Part shown: positions 51,118 to 58,187 of the stretch, one piece after another
Position numbering within the stretch: position 1 is the stretch's first letter
Layout of the letters: every line of letters begins with the position of its first letter
Source: a virus
Lineage: Duplodnaviria > Caudoviricetes
Reading direction: 5' to 3' (one strand)
Length of the DNA: 64,000 bases
Virus record (IMG/VR): IMGVR_UViG_3300023179_000070
Span: 1-64,000 of that record
Notes under the pieces: generated by a model
What the model was told of the DNA's origin: nothing
The model's database searches: none
What the model saw: only the letters and a program-made list of their open reading frames with translations
Program-made: the position numbers and the translations under genes

Positions 51118-52596
51118 TTAAGAGAGAGAATAGCCATTGGTATCACCATCGCCACCATCTCCACTACCACTGCCACCTCCACCACCACCGCCTCCACCAC
51201 CGCCTCCACCACTAAATGTATTATCATCAGGGAAAACTATAACTGGAGGAGGAATTCCTGGAAAAAATGGACTTAAATCTGGAGCTACATTTATTGGTAT
51301 GTCATGCCCACCTTGTCCTGCTCCATTCGCTGGAGCTGGAATAAGCTCTGGAGCAACTGGAACAACTGTGCTAACTGGAATTTCTGGATTTAAACTAACT
51401 GGAGTAGTTGAAGTTGCTGGAGGAATAATAGAAGCTTGTGCAGCAGCCCATGCAGCATATGCGCTTTTTTGATTATTTTCAAATTCTCTGGCTCTTGCAG
51501 CATATTGTTGCCATATTCCAATTTCTTGAGTCAATCTTGCAATATTTAAATCCATTACTACAATTTTACTATTCCAATATAATCCACCCTCGCCAAATGG
51601 CACAATTAATTGTATATTAAATACTCCACGACCAGAACCAGTTAATCCATATTTAAACCATCCATTACCTTCACTTCGTATCACAGTTGTTCTGTTTGCG
51701 TACCATTCAGAAAGCCATCGAGCATATCTTGCGGCGTTTTGCGCTGCATAAGCTTGCTGTTCCATTAATGTTAAATTCTTATAATATCTTGCTTCCATAT
51801 CTGCAAAAATTAGGGATTTACTTGATACTACTGAATTAAGTGTTGAATTTCCGAAATCACTTGCTAAATTTGAATCCCAATAACTTGTATTTACATCACT
51901 TGCGCTCTGAACTGTATTATCTAATGTAAATTCAAAATTAATTTTATCTTCTCCAAGAAGCAATAAAGTACTTAAACATTCTTTCTTTTCTTGACCATTC
52001 GCTGGCTTATAAGTCATTGTAGCAAAGTCTGCTTTATTTGAACATGTTATAATTTTAGGCCTAATATAAAGTTTGCCTGTTATTGTTTTTTTCTCATTCA
52101 GCGCCATGCCTCTTCCCATTTTTTTATGTGCTGCAAAAATTTCAGATAATTCATTCGCTGCATTTTGACTTCTATACATCGTTCTTTTTGAATAATCAAA
52201 ATATTCTTTTATTTTCTTTTTTATTAACTCTTCTTGTGTTACTTCTAATTCTTTCAACATTCCCTCAATTTCTTCATCCAAAGAGTTATCCATATTTTTT
52301 GCGCATCCATCTTTATGCGTATTATAATATTCTTTAATTTTAGGATCTAAATGAGTTAATTTAGTAATTTTTACATCCCCAACTGTTTTCCATTTCCATT
52401 GAATAGCATCATTAATATCTGAACTTATAAAAGCTTGACTAAATTGAAAATCTAAAGTCCATGTAGCAATTTGAAATTTATCATTTATATATAATGGAGT
52501 ATATGTACAATCACAAGAATTTGCAGATTGAGTTGATATGGTAGATTTTTGATAGGTTTCTAATGGACCTACTATATATTTTCTAGTGTCTGCCAT
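51118..52596 (-). CDS. hypothetical protein with Pro-rich and poly-Gly C-terminus
   Basis: 492 aa; GTGTATA motif 7 nt upstream; Ala-rich helix, Pro-rich linker, long Gly run. Confidence 0.7.
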   Translation of the reverse strand: MADTRKYIVGPLETYQKSTISTQSANSCDCTYTPLYINDKFQIATWTLDFQFSQAFISSDINDAIQWKWKTVGDVKITKLTHLDPKIKEYYNTHKDGCAKNMDNSLDEEIEGMLKELEVTQEELIKKKIKEYFDYSKRTMYRSQNAANELSEIFAAHKKMGRGMALNEKKTITGKLYIRPKIITCSNKADFATMTYKPANGQEKKECLSTLLLLGEDKINFEFTLDNTVQSASDVNTSYWDSNLASDFGNSTLNSVVSSKSLIFADMEARYYKNLTLMEQQAYAAQNAARYARWLSEWYANRTTVIRSEGNGWFKYGLTGSGRGVFNIQLIVPFGEGGLYWNSKIVVMDLNIARLTQEIGIWQQYAARAREFENNQKSAYAAWAAAQASIIPPATSTTPVSLNPEIPVSTVVPVAPELIPAPANGAGQGGHDIPINVAPDLSPFFPGIPPPVIVFPDDNTFSGGGGGGGGGGGGGSGSGDGGDGDTNGYSLS

Positions 52597-52609
52597 ATAA
52601 GTATATACA

Positions 52610-53161
52610 CTATTTTTTAATTAAATTTATAAAATTAACCATTTGATCTTTTGTAAAATCATTTTTCATTACATTAATACAATAACATACAAATTCTACA
52701 TTTCCTTTTATATATCCTATATTCGGATCGATTCTATCTAGGCTTGCTTTTGTAGGAGTTTTTTTAATATCTTCATCGCCACTTGTTCTACTTAGTTCCA
52801 TTTGTATTTTTGTATATGGACAAATCCCATTTTGTTTATCCCAAATTTCTTTTAAATATTCTGTAGTTAAATCTGTTATGTATCCTTTTTGTTTACTTCG
52901 TGATCTAGCTTTATTTGCGTGATACTTAAATGGACTATATTGATCTAACCTATTAGCTTCGTGTCCTTTTAGTAAAGATATATTACCTTTATTTTTTTCT
53001 AGTTTACTTGGATTGTTTTTATAATCTGCTTTTCCAGAGCATTTTAAGCTACAATAAAATTTATTTTGACCAGCTTTTGCTTTTCTTTTATAATCGCTCT
53101 GTCTTATTTCGTGCTCTTTATTGCATTGAGCACAGATTATTTTTGTCTTTTTTATGTTCAT
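52610..53161 (-). CDS. HNH-like endonuclease with N-terminal zinc finger
   Basis: CAQC..FYCSLKC; CPYT..SLDRID...GY..GNV..C..N..K. Confidence 0.7.
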   Translation of the reverse strand: MNIKKTKIICAQCNKEHEIRQSDYKRKAKAGQNKFYCSLKCSGKADYKNNPSKLEKNKGNISLLKGHEANRLDQYSPFKYHANKARSRSKQKGYITDLTTEYLKEIWDKQNGICPYTKIQMELSRTSGDEDIKKTPTKASLDRIDPNIGYIKGNVEFVCYCINVMKNDFTKDQMVNFINLIKK

Positions 53162-53202
53162 ATAAAATTATATATAATATAAATATAATTGTCTAATAAA
53201 AA

Positions 53203-53220
53203 TGCAGACACAGGGATTCG
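53203..53220 (-). pseudogene. tRNA 3'-end remnant
   Basis: CGAAT-CCCTG-TGTCTGC-A has T-loop / 5-nt T-stem / 7-nt acceptor / discriminator spacing; no 5' half nearby. Confidence 0.4.
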
Positions 53221-53226
53221 TTTACT

Positions 53227-53614
53227 TGGACCCGAGAGGAATTGAACCTCTGTCTTTTAAAAATCTAAATTAAAATACTACAAGTTTAGTTCTTTTTGTT
53301 TTTAGCTTTATATAGATAAAGAACAAACATACTTAGCGATTTTATTTTTAATACTTAATATTAATAGAATAAAAAAACTATTAATAATAAGACATCTAAT
53401 TCCGCAACTATCCAATAGATGTGTCAAGGTAGTCACGCTGTAGAACTTAGGCTACAGAAGCGGTCATCTCAACAAGAGGAACTCTTGCAGAGATATGACC
53501 TTTATATTTTGCTGTTTTGGCAGTTAATATAATTGAAACTTTTTAAGGAGTCCTCGATTCAACCTCCACTTGCATTTCAATTTATTTTCTTAAAATCGAA
53601 ACCAGTACGGGCCC
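53227..53614 (-). ncRNA. ssrA: tmRNA
   Basis: 5' GGGCCCGTACTGGTTTCGA; 3' GACAGAGGTTCAATTCCTCTCGGGTCCA; acceptor stem with G3-U pair; TAACT-GCC resume site; tag AKTAKYKGHISARVPLVEMTASVA* at 53521-53447. Confidence 0.92.
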
Positions 53615-53619
53615 AATGT

Positions 53620-53671
53620 TAAAGAACTAACTAATATTACACATTATAAAGCTTTTAATAATTTTTGACAA
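53620..53671 (-). promoter_or_regulatory. tandem tmRNA promoters plus boxA-like element
   Basis: TTGTCA-17-TATAAT directly followed by GTGTAAT-N7-AGTTCTTTAACA. Confidence 0.65.
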
Positions 53672-53686
53672 TCTTTTTTTAAATTA

Positions 53687-54625
53687 TTAATCGCCGCAAT
53701 CTTCCTTATCGTCATAATCATGTTTTGATGTTTTTTGGGCGCAACCCATAAAATTTTCATCATTTACAGTTCCCGAATCTTTTTGAGAATTATTTGAACC
53801 TTTTGTTTCTAATCCGTCTTGGGTAATTGCAACTACTTGATGTACATAATAGGATTCTGTTCCATCTCCATTATTATGAATAAATTCAATTGTATCGCCA
53901 ATTCGTACATCTTCTAAATCACAAAGAAGATTTGTTATTATTTGTTCGCCAGATTTTAGATCTGGGTGCATCGAAGAACCCTTTATTTTAGAAATCTTAA
54001 ATCCTCTTTTTAGTTTAAGTTGCGATCTTCTTGGAAGAGTATTTTGTGGATGGTTTGTTTCTTTATATGGATCGCAATCATTTTTTGAATCTTTTGGTTT
54101 CATATCTTTTGCTGCCTCAGTTAATTCTTTTGTTTGATCTTTATCTGCTAATTCATTACATGATGGACAATCTGCTCCACAATCATGCTCATTTTCGTAA
54201 GATTCTATTCTTGTGTCGTATTGTATTTTTATTTTATATTCAGCTAACATTGCGGCTGGTATATCATCTCCTGTTTCACAATTTACCCATGAATAATTTG
54301 TGAGACATTGATCAAAAGTTGCATCAATATCTTTAATGTCTGGTGGATTTTGATTTTTTGTTATCAATGTTCCTCCGCATGTATTTATGCACGCTTTAGA
54401 ATCTTGATTTGAATTTTTAGGAATAGAATTCTCTATTTTAACTCCAGATTTTTTATCTAAGATAATTTTCGGAGGTAAAACTCCTGAAGTGCCCTGATTT
54501 TTTTTAAGTGTCCAGGGCCCAGGAGGTCTAGATGGAATAGTTTTTAAACCACCAATGCGCTCACCATATATAATTGCATCTGTAGTTATAGTAGTCCATT
54601 TAGTTTTTCTTTTACAACATCCCAT
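53687..54625 (-). CDS. Cys-rich protein with C-terminal S24/S26 (signal-peptidase-like) domain
   Basis: GSSMHP..G, IGDTIEF, YVHQVV, TKGSNN..D; about 13 Cys overall. Confidence 0.65.
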   Translation of the reverse strand: MGCCKRKTKWTTITTDAIIYGERIGGLKTIPSRPPGPWTLKKNQGTSGVLPPKIILDKKSGVKIENSIPKNSNQDSKACINTCGGTLITKNQNPPDIKDIDATFDQCLTNYSWVNCETGDDIPAAMLAEYKIKIQYDTRIESYENEHDCGADCPSCNELADKDQTKELTEAAKDMKPKDSKNDCDPYKETNHPQNTLPRRSQLKLKRGFKISKIKGSSMHPDLKSGEQIITNLLCDLEDVRIGDTIEFIHNNGDGTESYYVHQVVAITQDGLETKGSNNSQKDSGTVNDENFMGCAQKTSKHDYDDKEDCGD

Positions 54626-54632
54626 AGAATTA

Positions 54633-56123
54633 TTAGTCCTTTCCTTTATTTAAAAAGTTTTGTAATTTTCTATATTTTTTATTTTTTATTATAAGTTCTG
54701 GTATATTATTTTTAATAATTTGACGAATTTTATTTGAAATAGTATATCTTGCATTTTTTTTCGCTGCATCTAGTGATGCATTTATATTATTTCCATATCC
54801 TCTACCAATTGCGTTTATATTATAATTAATAATTTCTACATTAGTATTATTAACTTTTCCTTGTGAATTAAAAGAAGTTTCATCATAATTTAAAATTAAA
54901 TTCTCTCTAATATAATAATTTATTTTTTGATCTAAAGCATCATCTGTTCCAAATCCAGAGTATACAATATGAAATTGATTGTGTGTTCCAATTTTTTTAT
55001 TTAATTCTGTTGAAATTAATTCTATTGTAAAATTAGTGTAAGCTGGAATTATTCCATTCCAAGTGCCTGTATTAAATGTTTTATTTCCAGTATATAAACC
55101 TGTATAAAATTTATAAAATAAAGTATCTTTAATTGGTATATTTTGTGTTAAATGTTGATTTTTATCTAATGAAATAAAATTATATATTCCAGTTTTTGGA
55201 AAAATATCTCCACTATAATATTCGCTTCCTAAAGTTAATGCTGGAATTTTAATTCCTGATGAAATTTTTGTATTTATGGTAGTGGTCTTTTTATTAATTG
55301 TATTTATATTGTATACTAATGTATTTTGATATCCAGTATGAATTCCATGGGGAGAAATATAGCATATATTATATTTTTCTCCATTCCCAGTTGATATTAA
55401 AATTATTCCATTCAAATTTTTAGAATTAGTTTGATTTGTATCTAAATAATTATATATTGGCGCAATTTTTGTATCACAAATATATGCATTATATTGCCAA
55501 TTTTGTAAAGAACTTGGATAACTTAAATAAAAACCACTATAACTAGGATTTCCAGGAATTGCTCCAGAAGTATTGGATTTTGTCCATGCTCTATAAAATG
55601 TACTATTTGTAAAATCTAATCCTGTAAAAAATCCTGAAATTAAACTTGGATTATATTTTTGATTATATTCACCTGTTAGTATTTTTGAATTTGAAAAATC
55701 TTTTGTAAAAGTAGCTCTAATAAATGTTTCATTTTTATTTAAATTAGTTATTTTTGGTTTTGTTTTATAAAATTGTTGAAAATAATCATAATTATTTGAA
55801 TAAAAAATATATTCATCTGGAAAAAAATAAGATAATTGTCCAATTAATGGAATTTCTAATTTATAATTTGTATAATTTTTTTTAAATTCTATAGGTATAT
55901 GATAAGTTTGATAACTTTCTGAATTTTTTTTTGATTCAATTTTATTTTTTAAAATAAGTTCTAATTCTGGATTTTTTAAAGTACCTACATTAATTATATC
56001 TAATTTGACATTTTGTAAAGATTTATGTGTTATTTTTTCGTCATCAATAAATTGTGATTCAGAATTTACTTTAAAAGTACTCCCAAATCCTAATTTAATT
56101 AAATCTTGTTTTGAAATTGACAT
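54633..56123 (-). CDS. hypothetical protein, possibly virion-associated
   Basis: 496 aa, TG/SG-rich like the tail proteins; lies downstream of the group I ribozyme. Confidence 0.6.
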   Translation of the reverse strand: MSISKQDLIKLGFGSTFKVNSESQFIDDEKITHKSLQNVKLDIINVGTLKNPELELILKNKIESKKNSESYQTYHIPIEFKKNYTNYKLEIPLIGQLSYFFPDEYIFYSNNYDYFQQFYKTKPKITNLNKNETFIRATFTKDFSNSKILTGEYNQKYNPSLISGFFTGLDFTNSTFYRAWTKSNTSGAIPGNPSYSGFYLSYPSSLQNWQYNAYICDTKIAPIYNYLDTNQTNSKNLNGIILISTGNGEKYNICYISPHGIHTGYQNTLVYNINTINKKTTTINTKISSGIKIPALTLGSEYYSGDIFPKTGIYNFISLDKNQHLTQNIPIKDTLFYKFYTGLYTGNKTFNTGTWNGIIPAYTNFTIELISTELNKKIGTHNQFHIVYSGFGTDDALDQKINYYIRENLILNYDETSFNSQGKVNNTNVEIINYNINAIGRGYGNNINASLDAAKKNARYTISNKIRQIIKNNIPELIIKNKKYRKLQNFLNKGKD

Positions 56124-56195
56124 ACATTTATGTTTAACCTTAACCCACCCACTTCGCCCGTTTTAACTACTAGCTTTTCTGGGGCAGGTCTAAAT

Positions 56196-56425
56196 CATTT
56201 TGTTATCGTTAAATTGTTTATATTTAACATCTTTATATCACTATAAAGTTCAGACTATATCTTCTTACTTTCGTAAGTTTGGGCGCTCGTGGGCAATGTT
56301 ATTGTTGGAACTCAATCGCCTAGTCGTTACACCTTACAACCTATCTTTCCCAGTTGTCTTGGCTCGGTATAATCTATTTTAGATTTCCACCGAATTCACC
56401 CAAAATGGTCATTTATTTAATAAAG
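56196..56425 (-). ncRNA. ORF-less group I intron / ribozyme
   Basis: P GAATTCGGTGGAA, Q ATACCGAGCCAAG, R GTGTAACGACTA, S AAGATATAGTCT; P3 TTTGGGTG/CGCCCAAA; P5, P6, P7.1, P8 (CTTAC-GAAA-GTAAG), P9 and P9.1 hairpins; candidate terminal G at 56196. Confidence 0.85.
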
Positions 56426-56436
56426 AACTATTTTTT

Positions 56437-56463
56437 ATTACACTATTTTTTTATTTGTGTAAT
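56437..56463. promoter_or_regulatory. back-to-back GTGTAAT motif pair
   Basis: Minus 56437-56443 (ribozyme) and plus 56457-56463 (8 nt before ATG 56472). Confidence 0.65.
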
Positions 56464-56471
56464 ATAAATAT

Positions 56472-57050
56472 ATGCCTAATTTATTACCATATAGAGATTA
56501 CAATGAGCACGATGTAATTAATTTATATACTTGCGTGACAGTTGCAAATAAAGGTATATTAGTTAAACCAATAACTTCCCCAAAAGATGATAATGGGACA
56601 GATAACTCTAGCGCTGGTCCATTAAAACTAACTTCTGATGGAGTTGGTGAAAGATTTAAAAATACTATAAGTGATTTATTTGAAATTGTAGGAGAGGTTT
56701 CTCCAGTTGTCAATTATAATGACGTTCCAGGACCAATAGGTATTTTATTGTATGATGTTAGGGATTTAGATGAAAATGGTGAAAAATTAATATATAATCC
56801 ACGAAAAATGGCAGAAAAAAATATAGTTCTTCCAAAAGTTCAAGCGGCACCAATTTTAACTAAAGGAATTATTTTAATAAATGATATAGATACTTTGAGT
56901 AAAACTGGCGGTGGAGGATTACCTTCTATTGGTGCAGCTGCTTATGTTGGTGATGATGGTAGGATAGGAACTGATGGAATAATAGTATTAGGAAAATTTT
57001 TAAGTAAAATAGATCAAAATGGTTACTGTTTGGTTAAATTAAATATTTAA
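56472..57050 (+). CDS. putative capsid decoration/cement-like protein
   Basis: PIGILL, V..LTKG, G..AYVG..G..G..LGKFL pattern typical of head decoration proteins; late motif upstream. Confidence 0.4.
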   Translation: MPNLLPYRDYNEHDVINLYTCVTVANKGILVKPITSPKDDNGTDNSSAGPLKLTSDGVGERFKNTISDLFEIVGEVSPVVNYNDVPGPIGILLYDVRDLDENGEKLIYNPRKMAEKNIVLPKVQAAPILTKGIILINDIDTLSKTGGGGLPSIGAAAYVGDDGRIGTDGIIVLGKFLSKIDQNGYCLVKLNI

Positions 57051-57245
57051 TAAATTTTGACAATCTTTTTTATAAACAAAATTAAATTTAACTCTTGATC
57101 CATTTATATCAGAAATTAGCTGGGGTATTGCGATACATGGATATTGCTCTGGTTCATCATAAATATTCTCATTAGAAATATTATAATGCTTAACACATTT
57201 ATTTGCATAAGCTGACCATCTGGCTTTATTTTTTATAATTTCCAT
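57039..57245 (-). CDS. hypothetical protein (probable start 57245)
   Basis: TTGAAG-17-TATAAT-6-ATG. Confidence 0.6.
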   Translation of the reverse strand: MEIIKNKARWSAYANKCVKHYNISNENIYDEPEQYPCIAIPQLISDINGSRVKFNFVYKKDCQNLLNI

Positions 57246-57265
57246 TAATATATTATAAAAATAAT

Positions 57266-57294
57266 TTGACAAAACTTCAAACTTAATATATTAT
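57266..57294 (+). promoter_or_regulatory. sigma70-type promoter facing an ORF-free structured region
   Basis: TTGACA-17-TATTAT. Confidence 0.7.
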
Positions 57295-57300
57295 AAGTTT

Positions 57301-57625
57301 ACATAGTTCCCAATTAGAGCAGTTTGTTGATGTCAAATAATCAACTATCAATCCTTGAGATAGCAATGTCCTAAGGGCTGACAACTATTAAAACCTTCAT
57401 TTGTACATAATATGGCTAAAGAAGGAAATGTAGCTATAGGCATCGCAGAATGTAGTGATCGAAGCTACCTCTGATCCGTAAGTGCGATGGCCCATTCATC
57501 ACTGAGATCGTGGTGAAATTTGGAGTCAAAAGAAAAGTTGGATTGATAATACCCAACTTCAGATATTTAAAATCTGGAGGTAAAGCCCTTTTGGATATCA
57601 AAGAAAAGTTAAATAATTAGGATAT
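57301..57625 (+). ncRNA. unidentified structured ncRNA candidate
   Basis: No long ORF, raised GC, many helices including a GCAA-capped hairpin and two crossing pairings. Confidence 0.55.
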
Positions 57626-57629
57626 CGTA

Positions 57630-58145
57630 TTAAAACCAAACTTCATTATGTATTATTCTTAATATTTTAATCCAGTCTTTAAGATGTTCTGATATATGTA
57701 TTTTGTCTGAATTTTCAAATCCATTTTTTGCTATATTATAATATATATTTTCTGATGGATAAGCTCTTCTTGCTTTATGTAAGTTTTTATAAAAAAATCC
57801 TAAAAATACTAAAAGTGATTTAGCTGTATCTTCGTCATGTTTGAATTCTAGTATAGATTTTTTAAAAATAGGCTCTCCAATTAAATCATAGAATTTTAAA
57901 CCAACTGCTTCTGAGACATATTCTTTTTCTTCAAATGAATATTTTAAATCTTTACTATATTTTATAATAGTTATTTCTGCAAATACTGGAAAACTTATAT
58001 CAACAATCCCATCTATATCTTCTTCTGAAATTTTATTTAATATTTCTGGCAAACAATCTGGATCTTGGATTAGTAAAAATGCTTTTTCTGGAGATAAGTC
58101 CAATTTTTTAGCAAAGAAATCAATATCTCTTTCAGATACTATCAC
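57630..58145 (-). CDS. hypothetical protein
   Basis: 171 aa; GTG start 7 nt after ATGTAAT variant. Confidence 0.65.
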   Translation of the reverse strand: MIVSERDIDFFAKKLDLSPEKAFLLIQDPDCLPEILNKISEEDIDGIVDISFPVFAEITIIKYSKDLKYSFEEKEYVSEAVGLKFYDLIGEPIFKKSILEFKHDEDTAKSLLVFLGFFYKNLHKARRAYPSENIYYNIAKNGFENSDKIHISEHLKDWIKILRIIHNEVWF

Positions 58146-58152
58146 TAATATT

Positions 58153-58173
58153 ATTACATTTTAAAAGTGTAAT
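58153..58173. promoter_or_regulatory. back-to-back (A/G)TGTAAT motif pair
   Basis: Minus 58153-58159, plus 58167-58173. Confidence 0.55.
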
Positions 58174-58187
58174 TTAGATTAAATATT

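Noticed and set aside
51137-51472. Poly-proline ORF on the plus strand
   Set aside because: Antisense shadow of the poly-Gly codons of 51118..52596
56140-56200. HDV-like (theta) ribozyme suggested by GGGCGAAGTGGG
   Set aside because: Could not build a convincing P1/P3/L3 nested pseudoknot
56200-56382. 60-aa plus-strand ORF as an intron-encoded protein
   Set aside because: Antisense to the ribozyme core with no nuclease motifs
1104-56713. Short ORFs nested in or antisense to long genes (e.g. 1104, 2471, 13138, 15433, 32007, 41178, 54031, 56498)
   Set aside because: Overlap well-supported genes and lack motifs or expression signals
57301-57625. RNase P RNA or a second tmRNA
   Set aside because: Lacks the GAGGAAAGUCC/CGGCUUA P4 motifs and tRNA-like ends
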